From an uncultured Clostridia bacterium (lineage in GTDB: Bacteria > Bacillota > Clostridia > TANB77 > CAG-508): DNA of 64,000 nt. The stretch covers positions 8,587 to 72,586 of the forward strand of contig CALXCF010000002.1 of NCBI GenBank assembly GCA_944386755.1. The letters run 5' to 3'. Positions 38,659 through 49,723 of this stretch are shown here, piece by piece. The notes beneath the pieces are model-generated. The model was given only the letters and a program-made list of their open reading frames with translations, searched no databases and was not told the origin of the DNA. The stretch's first letter is position 1. Every line of letters starts with the position of its first letter. A program made the position numbers and the translations under genes.

Positions 38659-40491
38659 ATGAAAAAAAGAGGGATAAAAATAATAATTGCTTTTATCTTA
38701 TTCATCATAGCAATGATAGTTACATTTTCAAATGAATGGATAAATAAAGGGATATTTATAATAAGTTATTTAATAGTTGGTTTAGATATTATAATAAAAG
38801 CTATAAGAAATATATTTAGAGGAAAAGTATTTGATGAAAACTTTTTAATGGCACTTGCAACAATTGGTGCGTTTGCAATTGGAGAGTTTCCAGAAGCAGT
38901 AGCAGTAATGCTATTCTATCAAGTTGGAGAATTATTCCAAAGCTATGCAGTCGATAAATCTAGAAAATCAATTGCAAGTTTGATGGATATTAGACCAGAT
39001 TATGCAAATGTAAAAAGAAATAATGAAATATCAAAAATTAATCCAGAAGAAGTAAAAATCGGAGAAACAATAATTGTAAAACCAGGAGAAAAAATACCAC
39101 TTGATGGAAAAATAATAAAAGGAACTTCAATGCTAGATACGTCAGCTTTGACAGGTGAATCTTTGCCAAGAGAGGTAAAAGAAAATGATGAAGTGTTAAG
39201 TGGTTGTATAAACCAAAATGGATTACTAGAAATAGAGGTGACAAAAGAATTTGGAGAGTCAACTATTAGCAAAATTCTAGATTTAGTAGAAAATGCTAGT
39301 AGTAAAAAATCAAAATCTGAAAACTTTATAACTAAATTTGCTAAATACTATACACCAGCAGTTGTAATAATTGCAGTATTTCTAGCAGTTATTCCTACAT
39401 TAGTTATTGAAGGAGCAGAATTTACAGATTGGCTATATAGAGCTTTAACATTTTTAGTTGTATCATGTCCTTGTGCTTTAGTTATATCTATACCTTTAGG
39501 ATTTTTTGGAGGAATAGGAGGAGCATCTAAAAAAGGAATATTAGTTAAAGGAAGTAACTATTTAGAAGCCTTATCAAATAGCGAAATTGTTGTATTTGAT
39601 AAAACTGGAACATTAACAAAAGGAGTATTTGAAGTACAAAAAATAGAACCAGTAGGAATATCAAAAGAACAATTAATAAAATATGCAGCATATGCAGAAA
39701 GTTATTCAAATCATCCAATATCAGTATCAATAAAAAAAGCCTATGGAGAAGAAATAGATACAAATTTAATTTCTAAGACAGAAGAACTATCAGGTCGCGG
39801 AGTTGTAGCTACAATAGAAGATGAAGATGTTTTAGCTGGAAACGAAAAATTGATGCAAGAAAAAAATGTAAAATATACAAAATGCAATGAAGTAGGAACA
39901 ATTGTATATATTGCAATAAATAATGAATTTGCAGGATATATAGTAATATCTGATGAAATAAAAGAAGATTCTAAAAAAGCAATAAATGACTTAAAGAAAA
40001 ACAATATAAAACAAACAGTTATGCTAACAGGAGATAAAAAAGATGTTGGCGAAAGTGTTGCTAAAGAACTAGGAATAGATAAAGTATATACTGAGTTATT
40101 ACCAGATGGAAAAGTAGAAAAAGTAGAACAATTGCTTAAAGAAAAAACAGAAAAGGGGAAATTAGCATTCGTAGGTGATGGAATAAATGATGCACCGGTT
40201 TTAGCTTTAGCAGATATTGGTATAGCAATGGGAGGTTTAGGAGCTGATAGCGCGATAGAAGCAGCAGATATTGTTATAATGACAGATGAACCATCGAAAA
40301 TAAATATTGCTATGAAAATTTCTAAGAAAACAATGAGAATTGTAAAGCAAAATATTATTTTTGCTATTGGCATCAAAATAGCTGTTCTAATTTTAAGTGC
40401 TTTTGGTTTATCTACAATGTGGGAAGCAGTTTTTGCAGATGTAGGGGTTTCGGTAATTGCTATTATTAATTCATTGAGAGCTTTGAAATAA
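38659..40491 (+). CDS. cadA: Cd2+/Zn2+-type heavy-metal-translocating P1B-type ATPase lacking its own N-terminal HMA domain
   Basis: 610 aa; CPC motif SCPCALVIS, DKTGTLT, GDGINDAP, 8 TM. Confidence 0.85.
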   Translation: MKKRGIKIIIAFILFIIAMIVTFSNEWINKGIFIISYLIVGLDIIIKAIRNIFRGKVFDENFLMALATIGAFAIGEFPEAVAVMLFYQVGELFQSYAVDKSRKSIASLMDIRPDYANVKRNNEISKINPEEVKIGETIIVKPGEKIPLDGKIIKGTSMLDTSALTGESLPREVKENDEVLSGCINQNGLLEIEVTKEFGESTISKILDLVENASSKKSKSENFITKFAKYYTPAVVIIAVFLAVIPTLVIEGAEFTDWLYRALTFLVVSCPCALVISIPLGFFGGIGGASKKGILVKGSNYLEALSNSEIVVFDKTGTLTKGVFEVQKIEPVGISKEQLIKYAAYAESYSNHPISVSIKKAYGEEIDTNLISKTEELSGRGVVATIEDEDVLAGNEKLMQEKNVKYTKCNEVGTIVYIAINNEFAGYIVISDEIKEDSKKAINDLKKNNIKQTVMLTGDKKDVGESVAKELGIDKVYTELLPDGKVEKVEQLLKEKTEKGKLAFVGDGINDAPVLALADIGIAMGGLGADSAIEAADIVIMTDEPSKINIAMKISKKTMRIVKQNIIFAIGIKIAVLILSAFGLSTMWEAVFADVGVSVIAIINSLRALK

Positions 40492-40598
40492 ATTGAAAAT
40501 CCTTGATTATTACTAAAAAATATGTTATATTAAGTATATAGGAGCAATAAATTTATATATTTTGCATATAATAATATTGCTAATATTAGCTAAAAAAA

Positions 40599-40670
40599 GT
40601 GGTGAATCCAGCCATTAAATTGGAACTTAAAAAAGCGGTGAATCCAGCCATTAAATTGGAACTTAAAAAA
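40599..40670 (+). repeat. Tandem direct repeat, 2 x 36 bp (G(T/C)GGTGAATCCAGCCATTAAATTGGAACTTAAAAAA)
   Basis: units 40599-40634 and 40635-40670 differ at one base. Confidence 0.75.
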
Positions 40671-40673
40671 GAT

Positions 40674-40704
40674 GGATTAGAGACTAAACTCTAATCCTTT
40701 TAAT
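40674..40704 (+). terminator. Rho-independent terminator (9-bp perfect stem GGATTAGAG / CTCTAATCC, 6-nt loop, TTTTAAT tail)
   Basis: read directly from the sequence. Confidence 0.6.
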
Positions 40705-40887
40705 ATGCAAAATTTAATTGTAAAAATTTACTATTTCTCTTGTATTTTTTGAAAATATAAGGCAAGATGTTGTAACTTCAAAGTTTTAGAAGAAAAATGT
40801 TTAGAATATAATGATATTTACATAAATTGACTTTAAATAAAAAATCTGGTACAATATATACATAAAAAACCTAAGGAGGAATGCAAA

Positions 40888-41313
40888 ATGAAAACAGTAG
40901 AGGAGCAAGCAACAATAATTGTCAATCGGGTAGTAGACGGAAAATATGACATTGAAATCTTCAATGAGCTTTGGGAAGCTAATGATATTGTGGGAAGAAA
41001 CGGTTATAGTAGTTTAACATTTGAAGAACAAAAAACACTCATACCACACTTTTATGGATATCGGTTAGCTAACCAGAGGAAACTCTTAAAAAGAGTAAAT
41101 AAAATACTCTTAGAAGAAATTAAAAAGCCGGATAATTCATTCTTAAGTATTGTGAGAATACTAGAAGCCTTAGAGTGTACTGGGGACTTAAAAAAAGTAA
41201 AAAAGGTCAACAACAAAATCAAATTTTGTATTGAGTTTTATAACAAGACCTTTATGGTCTATCAGTCAGCTGGTGAAAGATTTAAGGCAATCGCTCTACT
41301 GGACAGAGTATAA
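40888..41313 (+). CDS. hypothetical protein (141 aa)
   Basis: RBS aaggagg; no recognised domain. Confidence 0.45.
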   Translation: MKTVEEQATIIVNRVVDGKYDIEIFNELWEANDIVGRNGYSSLTFEEQKTLIPHFYGYRLANQRKLLKRVNKILLEEIKKPDNSFLSIVRILEALECTGDLKKVKKVNNKIKFCIEFYNKTFMVYQSAGERFKAIALLDRV

Positions 41314-41325
41314 GCCTAACTCTGT

Positions 41326-41364
41326 AAAAGAAACCAACCTAGTAATTTAGGCTGGTTTCTTTTA
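41326..41364. terminator. Bidirectional terminator hairpin (AAAGAAACCAACC / GGCTGGTTTCTTT)
   Basis: between convergent genes 40888-41313 (+) and 41379-43745 (-). Confidence 0.55.
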
Positions 41365-41378
41365 AATTAAAAACATTT

Positions 41379-43745
41379 CTATCTCACTTTCAATACCTTA
41401 GCAAACAACCAATTCAAAATAACAAAATTAACAATCACAATAACTAAAATATCAAAAATAAAATCTCTAATAACATATAAATCAACAATACTAAATAGGG
41501 AAGAACCAATCGTTAATCCTAAAACAAACAAAATAGCCATACAAATTGCAAGCACTAATCTATATATAGAAAAAGGCAATTTCGAATGTTCAGTTTTTCT
41601 TGACTTAGTCAAAGTAAACAATAAAGCTAAACCACTAAGACCTGTTGAAATCACACATAAACTAGAAAAATATTCTTCAGCTATAATTCCAAATTTATTT
41701 AAAATAGTCAAAGCAAAAATAGCTATAACATTTGTAATTGCAGTAGGGAAAGCCTTTGCAATAACATTTTGCAAAAATCTTCCTTTAATTCTTTCTTTGT
41801 TAGGCTCTAATGCTAACATAAATGAAGGAATACCAATTGTTGTAACACTAATTAATGATAATTGTATTGGTTCAAAAGGATATTGTTCACCCATAAATAA
41901 AAACATTAATGCAAATATAGTTGAATAGATAGTTTTTACTAGGAATAGTGAAGCAGACCTTTGGATATTATTAATAGTTCTTCTTCCTTCAGCAACAATT
42001 TTGGGCATTGCAGCAAAATCAGAATTCAATAAAACCAATTGAGAAATATTCTTAGTTGCATCACTTCCACTTGCCATTGCAACACTACAATCCGCTTCTT
42101 TTAAAGCAAGAACATCATTAACACCATCACCAGTCATTGCAACAGTTCTGCCATTATCCTTAAGAGATTTAATAAGAGATTGTTTTTGAGTAGGAGAAAC
42201 CCTACCAAAAATAGTATAATTTAAAACAATGTCTTTTAAATCAGTATCATCACTAACTGTTGACATATCAATATATTTATCATAGTTTTTAACCCCAACA
42301 TTTTTTGCAATCTTAGAAACAGTAATAGGATTATCACCTGAAATAATTTTAATATCAACACCTTGTTTTTCAAAAAACTCTAAAGTCTTATTTGCATCAG
42401 GACGTATTTTATCAAGTAAAAACACATAACCTAATAAAGTAATATCACTTGGCAAATTCTTATTATTAAAATCATGTTCAGAATGAGCTAAAACCAAAAA
42501 CCTGTAATCTTCTGAATATTTCTTTATATCATCTTTATACTTATCAAAATCGTCTTTCAACACAAATTCAGGAGCACCAATAATATATGAACCTTGATTT
42601 TCAAAATAAATTCCAGACCATTTTTTATCAGAAGAAAAAGGTATTTTATTTATAGGCTTAAATTCTTCTTCAATATTCGAAAAATAATCCTTAATAGCCA
42701 AAATAGTAGAATTCTCATCTTCAGAAAATTTGGAGATATTTGCTAAAATATTCTCCATATCATCTTTATCAGTATTTACACATACAAAATCCTTTATTTC
42801 CATAGAACCTTCTGTCAAAGTACCAGTCTTGTCCAAACATAAAGTATCAACTCTTGCTAAAGTTTCAATACAATACAAATCCTGAACCAATACTTTAGAC
42901 TTAGATAATCTAATAACACTAATAGCAAGAACTGTACTTGTTAAAAGAACAAGTCCTTCTGGAATCATACCAATAATTGATGCAGCAGATTGAACAACAG
43001 CGTCTTGCAAAGTAATTCCTTGTAAATGCAATTGGCTATAAAACATACAAATACCAATAGGAATAATAATAAATGTTAAAACTTTAATAATTTTATTCAA
43101 TGAAGTCATTATTTCAGATTTAACTTTTTTAATATATTTAGCTCCACTTGAAATTTTAGAAGTATAATTGTCTGTTCCTATATGTTCAACTTTTGCAAAA
43201 CACTTACCGCTTATAATATAACTACCAGACAAAATAGTATCACCTTTTTTCTTAGTAATACTATCAGGCTCACCAGTAATAAAAGATTCATTAACTAAAA
43301 CTTCACCATCTTGTATTATGCTATCAGTTGGAATCTGATTCCCTGTATTAAATTCAACAATATCATCTAATACAAGCTCATAAATAGAAATATTTTGTTT
43401 TGTAGAATTTCTAATAACATTAACCTTCGATGTGGCCATAAGTGATAATTTATCTACAACTCGTTTAGAATGTATTTCTTGAATTGTACTAATTGCAGTG
43501 TTTATAATAACAATAAATAAAAACAACATATTTTTATATGAACCAACTGCAAAAATTGCGATTGCAAGTAGTAAATTTAAAATATTAAATAATGTAAAAA
43601 AGTTTTCATATAAAATACGTTTAACACTTTTGGTTGGAACCGTTGTATCATGATTTATTAAATTTTCTTTTATTCTTTCATTTACTTGTTCATTACTTAA
43701 ACCAGATTTAAAATTAGGATTATACCTTTTATAATCTGACATCAA
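41379..43745 (-). CDS. Cation-translocating P-type ATPase (type II; HAD-IC)
   Basis: 788 aa; DKTGTLTEG, TGDGVNDVLALKEAD, 10 TM. Confidence 0.8.
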   Translation of the reverse strand: MMSDYKRYNPNFKSGLSNEQVNERIKENLINHDTTVPTKSVKRILYENFFTLFNILNLLLAIAIFAVGSYKNMLFLFIVIINTAISTIQEIHSKRVVDKLSLMATSKVNVIRNSTKQNISIYELVLDDIVEFNTGNQIPTDSIIQDGEVLVNESFITGEPDSITKKKGDTILSGSYIISGKCFAKVEHIGTDNYTSKISSGAKYIKKVKSEIMTSLNKIIKVLTFIIIPIGICMFYSQLHLQGITLQDAVVQSAASIIGMIPEGLVLLTSTVLAISVIRLSKSKVLVQDLYCIETLARVDTLCLDKTGTLTEGSMEIKDFVCVNTDKDDMENILANISKFSEDENSTILAIKDYFSNIEEEFKPINKIPFSSDKKWSGIYFENQGSYIIGAPEFVLKDDFDKYKDDIKKYSEDYRFLVLAHSEHDFNNKNLPSDITLLGYVFLLDKIRPDANKTLEFFEKQGVDIKIISGDNPITVSKIAKNVGVKNYDKYIDMSTVSDDTDLKDIVLNYTIFGRVSPTQKQSLIKSLKDNGRTVAMTGDGVNDVLALKEADCSVAMASGSDATKNISQLVLLNSDFAAMPKIVAEGRRTINNIQRSASLFLVKTIYSTIFALMFLFMGEQYPFEPIQLSLISVTTIGIPSFMLALEPNKERIKGRFLQNVIAKAFPTAITNVIAIFALTILNKFGIIAEEYFSSLCVISTGLSGLALLFTLTKSRKTEHSKLPFSIYRLVLAICMAILFVLGLTIGSSLFSIVDLYVIRDFIFDILVIVIVNFVILNWLFAKVLKVR

Positions 43746-43938
43746 AAATCATCCCTTTCAAAAAGTTGTATAACAACTTTTCTGTACAATGCACTTTTTT
43801 CTTAATTAAAGGAAAATTAATATTCCTTTAATTTAAAAAAATTTTAACATATAATAAGTAAAAAGTCTATTAAAAAATTCTTAAGAAAAAAGTATAAAAA
43901 ACAAAAATAATTGGTATAGGGAAATATCCGAATACCAA

Positions 43939-44592
43939 TTATTTTTTCAAGCCTCCTAGTTTTTTGTCAATTAACACTAGCAAATAAGAAAATGCCAGTA
44001 TAAAAATAGTCATTGCAATCAGAAACTTTGCTACACTAACATAACCAATTTGATTATAGTCTAAAAAAATATAAGCAAAATCTCTTGAACCACCAATACC
44101 ATAAAATCTGCCACCATTCAAACTATAAGTATACACATATATGACATAGTTTAAAGGTATAAATAGCCAAATTAATGGATAAAACCACCTAAATTTACCT
44201 TTACAATCAAAGATAAAATAATCTAAAATGACTAACAAAGGGGAAATGATATGTACTAATAAATTTGCTAAATATCGATTTCCAAAATTATAATCCATTT
44301 GAAAACCATAAGGCATTAAAGCAATTTGATACATTATAGCAGTTATAAAAATGCATATAACAACTCCACCTTTGACTACATAATATACTTCGCTCTGCCG
44401 ATAATCTTTTTTTAAAAATATAGATACAATAATAGCAGCAAATGTAATAAAACAAATAATATTACTTTGTAAAGTATAATATGACAGAATAGATATTATA
44501 GATTGCGTATTGATAATGTTAAGAGCAATACCTGTCAAAAGACTAAAAAGAACTAGGAGCTTGTAGAATAAAGAAATCTTCTTTTCTAGCAT
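43939..44592 (-). CDS. Polytopic integral membrane protein (possibly Pr6Pr family)
   Basis: 217 aa, 6 predicted TM; family assignment tentative. Confidence 0.45.
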   Translation of the reverse strand: MLEKKISLFYKLLVLFSLLTGIALNIINTQSIISILSYYTLQSNIICFITFAAIIVSIFLKKDYRQSEVYYVVKGGVVICIFITAIMYQIALMPYGFQMDYNFGNRYLANLLVHIISPLLVILDYFIFDCKGKFRWFYPLIWLFIPLNYVIYVYTYSLNGGRFYGIGGSRDFAYIFLDYNQIGYVSVAKFLIAMTIFILAFSYLLVLIDKKLGGLKK

Positions 44593-44735
44593 AACTCTGC
44601 CTCCTTGTATACATAAGATTATACATCGTTTAGTGTCTTTTGTAAATCAAAAATAGAAAATTTTATTGAAAATTAAAAGATAAATTTGATATAATAATAA
44701 AAATTTAAATTAAAAGAAAGGTCGAAAAAATAATT

Positions 44736-47700
44736 ATGGGAGAAGTAAAATGGACAAAAGAACAAGAACAAGCAATAAATGAAAAAGGTTCAAACATATT
44801 AGTTGCAGCAGCAGCACGGAAGTGGTAAAACAGCAGTATTAGTAGAAAGAATAATAAACAAAGTATTAAACGAAAAAATCAATATAGATGAGATATTAGT
44901 AGTTACATTTACAAATGCGGCAGCATCAGAAATGAGAGAAAGAGTACTAGATGCAATATACAAAAAATTAGAAGAAGAACCAGAAAATGAAAACTTACAA
45001 AAACAAATAACCTTATTAAACAAAGCAAGTATCTGTACAATAGACTCATTTTGTTTAGAAGTTGTAAGAAACTACTTCTATGAATTAGAAAACATATCTC
45101 CAAATTTTAGAATAGCAGATACATCCGAAATAGAACTACTAAAACAAGAAGTAATAGATGATATATTCGAAGAAAAATACGAAAAAGAAGATGAAGATTT
45201 TACAAAATTAATAAATATCTATACAAGTTACAGAGATGATACCCCTTTAAAAGAATTAGTTTTAAAAATACATTCATATATACAAAGCAATCCATTTCCT
45301 GAAAAATGGTTAAACGAAAAAATTGAAATTTTTAATTTAGAAGATAAATTAGAAGAGGACTTTAGTAATACAATATGGGGAAAAGAATTATTAAAAGAAG
45401 TAAAAGAAATATTGATAGATAGTATTACAGCATTAAATAGAATAGAAAAACATTTAAGTGTTGAGCCAGAATTAGAAAAATTTTGGCAGACAATTAGAAC
45501 TGATACTGAACAATTAGAAACTCTAAAAGAACATACAAATTCTTGGGATGATGCATATACTATATCTAAATATTTAGAATTTGTTACATGGCCTAGAAAA
45601 AGTAGTAATTTAGAAATAAAAGAAAAGGCAAAAGAAGCAAGAGATGAGGTAAAAGAGAAAATAAAGAACATATCTAAGAAAATTCTAATTTGCAATTCAA
45701 AAGAAGCAAATCAAGATATATATGATATGTATTTAGTTTTAAAAAAGCTAGAAAATTTAATATTAGAATTCCAAACAGAATTTTCAAAAAGAAAAAGAGA
45801 TAAAAACATAGTAGATTTTCATGATATAGAGCATTTTGCATTAAAAATACTTTTAAAAACAGATGAAGAAGGAAATATTGAAAAAAGTGAAATATCAAAA
45901 AAATATCAAAATAAATTTAAAGAAGTTGCAATAGATGAATATCAAGACAGTAACCTCGTACAAGAATATATTTTGACAGCTGTTTCAAATAACAAAAATA
46001 TATTTATGGTAGGAGATGTTAAGCAAAGTATATATAAATTTAGACAAGCAATGCCAGAATTGTTTTTGAGCAAATATGATACTTACAAGAAAAAAGAAGA
46101 TAAAGGTGAAAATGATGACTTGAAAATACAGCTATTTAAGAACTTTCGTAGTAAGAAAAATGTATTAGATTTCACAAACATCATTTTTCAAGATATTATG
46201 AGCAATCAATTAGGAGATATATTATATGATAAAGAAGAATATTTGAACTTAGGTGCAAACTATCCAGAGATTAATCAAAATCAAAAGACAGAGATTCATA
46301 TAATACAAACAAAAGAACAAGAAATTTTAGAGACAAATGAAGAAAATATAGAAAGTGAAACTACTGAAGAAGAACACATTGAAGATATTGAATTAGAAGC
46401 AAGATTTGTAGCAAATAAAATAAAGGAACTAATAAAAAATAAATTTCAAGTATATGACAGAAAAAAAGAGAAATACAGAGATATAGAATATCAGGATATA
46501 GTAATCCTATTAAGAGCAACTTCAAAATCTGCTCCAATATTTGAACAGGAATTATTAAATTTAGATATACCAGTATTTTCAGATAGTTCACAAGAATATT
46601 TGGACTCAATAGAAATACAAACAATAATGAGTTTATTAAAAATAATAGATAATCCAATTCAAGACATTCCATTAGTAACAGTATTAAGGTCACCAATTGG
46701 AAAATTTACAGATGATGAATTAATACAAATACGTTTAAGTGATAAAAAAGATAATTTTTATACATGTATGCAAAAGGCTAAAATATCAGTAAATAGTGAA
46801 TTAAGTAATAAAATAGAACAGTTTTTAAATAATTTAGACAATTGGAGAAAAGAACAAGAATATTTAGCTTTAGATGAACTAATTTGGAAAATATATTCAG
46901 ATACTGGATATTATAACTATGTTAGCCTTATGCCAAATGGAATGTTAAGACAAGCAAATTTAAGGATGTTATTTGAAAGAGCTAAACAATATGAAACAGC
47001 AAGTTTCAAAGGATTATATAACTTTATACATTTTATTGAAAAAATCCATCTAAGCAGTGGAGATTTAGGAGCAGCGAAAATTATTGGAGAAAATGAAAAT
47101 GTTGTTAGAATAATGAGTATCCACAAAAGTAAAGGACTTGAATTTCCAGTTGTATTTTTATCAAGCACAGGGAAACAATTCAATTTAATGGATTTAAATG
47201 AAAGTATATTGTTACATCAAGAAATGGGTATAGGTGTAAAATATATTGATTATGAAAAACAAATACAATATGACACTTTGAGTAAAGCAGCAATTAGAAA
47301 TAAAATTTTAACAGAAACACTTTCAGAGGAAATGAGAATCCTATATGTTGCATTAACAAGAGCTAAAGAAAAGCTATTTATTACTGGAATTCAAAAAGAT
47401 TATGATAAAATAAAAGAAAAAATGATGGGGCAAATCGAGCAATATCCTTTAAATGATGAAAATAAAATTAATCCAATTTTATTAAAGAAATACAAAAAAT
47501 ATTTGGATTGGATAATGCTTGTATATATGTATGAAAAAGAAAATATAACAGATATAGCAGAACTTCATATACATAACAAATTAGGGTTACTAAAATTATT
47601 AGAGAAATCAAAGGATGAAGATATTGATGTAATTGGTTTACTAGATAATCATAATTTAAATGACCTAAGTGCTAAATTTAAAAACATAGAAGATATACAA

Positions 47701-48411
47701 AATGTAATAGAAAACAAATATAAATATGAAGCATCAATTGCAATCCCAACTAAAACTTCTGTTACTGAGTTGAAAGAATTGGCGAAGGAAAATAATAGAG
47801 CCATAAGAAATGTTGAAAGCTTTTTGAATGAAGAAGATAGCAAGTCTTCATATGATAAATTTGAAATTCCTAAATTTATGAAAAATGATGAACAAGAAAA
47901 ATTAACTGGTGCAAGAAAGGGTACTTTATTACATTTATGTATGCAAAAATTGGAGATTGGAAAAGAGTATGAACTTTCAGACATAAAAGAATTGGTAAAT
48001 AATTTAAAAGATAGGGAAATTATCACACAACTAGAAGCAGAAAATATTAATATAAATGCAATTCTAAAATTTACAAAATCAGATATATGGGAAGAGTTAA
48101 AAAATGCAAAAGAAGTGCATAGAGAAGAACCATTTTATATGACAATACCTGCAAAGGAAATCTATAAAAAGGATGTAGAAGAAAAGATATTAGTTCAAGG
48201 TATAATTGACCTTTACTACATTGATATAAATGACAATTTAGTACTATTAGATTACAAAACAGATTATTTGGAAAATGGAGAAGAGGAGCTAATACAAAAA
48301 TATGATAGTCAATTACAATTGTATAAAAAAGCTCTTGAAGATGCTTTGAATAGAAAAGTAGATAAGGTTTATATTTATTCAACTTATCTTGGCAAAGCAA
48401 TAAAGATATAA
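44736..48411 (+). pseudogene. addA: ATP-dependent helicase/nuclease subunit A (AddA), +1 frameshift (extra C at about 44817) inside the Walker A region
   Basis: the ATG at 44736 gives MGEVKWTKEQEQAINEKGSNILVAAAA then RKW*; the +1 frame continues GSGKTAVLVERII... for 1200 aa with UvrD helicase motifs and the C-terminal nuclease LLDYKTDY; no addB on either side. Confidence 0.75.
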
Positions 48412-48428
48412 ATTAATATAAAAATAGC

Positions 48429-48455
48429 GGAGGAGTTTAAATTGCAAACTCCTCC
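48429..48455. terminator. Bidirectional terminator (10-bp perfect stem GGAGGAGTTT / AAACTCCTCC, 7-nt loop)
   Basis: read directly from the sequence between addA and the convergent gene. Confidence 0.6.
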
Positions 48456-48461
48456 AAATAA

Positions 48462-48869
48462 TTAGTCGTAAACATACATCGAGTCAGGAGAACCCAACTC
48501 TAATCTGATATTTACATGGCACATAGTACTGATCACAAATACTAATGATTTTAAATTTGGTTGTTCCTGCGGGTCATCCATATTTTTTTCGTTCTCTATC
48601 AGATAAAAAATGTCGTTCTTTTTTTCATCAGTAATATCTTTACTGAAATATATAGCCAAAGGCTTAAGAATGCCTTTGCGACTATAAGTAACATTTTGAC
48701 AGGAAAATAAAGATTGATCTTGTTGAGAAAATAGAGACATTGTATTGTACCTGTGCATATGCATTGAAATCTTAACACCATGCATATTAGGATTGCTAAA
48801 TGACAATAACTCCGCATCTCCTACTCTAAAGTCTACTTGTTCCCGTACCCTCTGTGTCATTTCTGTCAT
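48462..48869 (-). CDS. hypothetical protein (135 aa) with atypically high GC and codon usage
   Basis: ORF noticeably GC-richer (CGG, CCG, CGC, CAG codons) than neighbouring genes; no recognised domain. Confidence 0.4.
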   Translation of the reverse strand: MTEMTQRVREQVDFRVGDAELLSFSNPNMHGVKISMHMHRYNTMSLFSQQDQSLFSCQNVTYSRKGILKPLAIYFSKDITDEKKNDIFYLIENEKNMDDPQEQPNLKSLVFVISTMCHVNIRLELGSPDSMYVYD

Positions 48870-49057
48870 AATTATATGACCTCCTTATTAATTATTTTGC
48901 TATTTAGCAATATATAAAGTATAGCACATTTTGCATAAATTTGCAATTCTGAAAACAATATTTACCAAAAAACTTGAAAAATAAAGGAAAAATTAGTATA
49001 ATATATACGTAGATATTAAAAGTGTTATCATATTTAACACAAGAAAGAGAGAATAAA

Positions 49058-49528
49058 ATGGATAAAATAAAAAAATATGCAATGTATTTTGTATTAGTAA
49101 TAGCATTTTTTATACTATCAGATTTCTTAATATATGTAGGACTAAATTCTAGTTATAGAGATATTCAAAGACAAGATAGTGTAGAAGGAGTAAGCATATA
49201 TCAAGCTGAAGCAACAAAAGTAAATGGAAGAATAAGGGGACTTATCCAAAATCCTAATGGAGAAGATTTAAACGGAAAATATGTAGAAGTTGATTTATAT
49301 TCAAAAAGAGATGTATTTTTAGGCAGAAAATATATACAAATAAATGATTTACAACACGGAGACACCCAAAGCTTTGAATTACTTTTTAAAATAGAAGATG
49401 TCGCTTCATACAATGTAAGTATTGTAGATGAAAAACAAGAAGGGGAAGAAATAGATTTATTACCAAATGATTTAACAACTTCACAAATCGTAGTTGCAAC
49501 AGTTTTGACGGTTTTAATTTTCTGGTAG
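49058..49528 (+). CDS. hypothetical membrane protein (N- and C-terminal TM)
   Basis: ATG at 49058 (MDKIKKYAMYF...) within the track ORF 49022-49528. Confidence 0.45.
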   Translation: MDKIKKYAMYFVLVIAFFILSDFLIYVGLNSSYRDIQRQDSVEGVSIYQAEATKVNGRIRGLIQNPNGEDLNGKYVEVDLYSKRDVFLGRKYIQINDLQHGDTQSFELLFKIEDVASYNVSIVDEKQEGEEIDLLPNDLTTSQIVVATVLTVLIFW

Positions 49529-49723
49529 ATAATACTATCCCAAAATTTACGCTTCATTTAATATATGACAAATTTAGTCAATATGATATATTTAGATATT
49601 TTGAAGTATATTGTGGGGACCTTTCTAGAAAATGTTTGAACGTATGTGAATTACATTTTCTTGAATGGGGATTACGGAAAAATATATAAATATATTATAT
49701 TGACTTTATTTATATTTTGTTAT

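Noticed and set aside
39741-40376. 211-aa minus-strand ORF inside cadA
   Set aside because: Antisense to a confidently identified P-type ATPase, with a low-complexity product.
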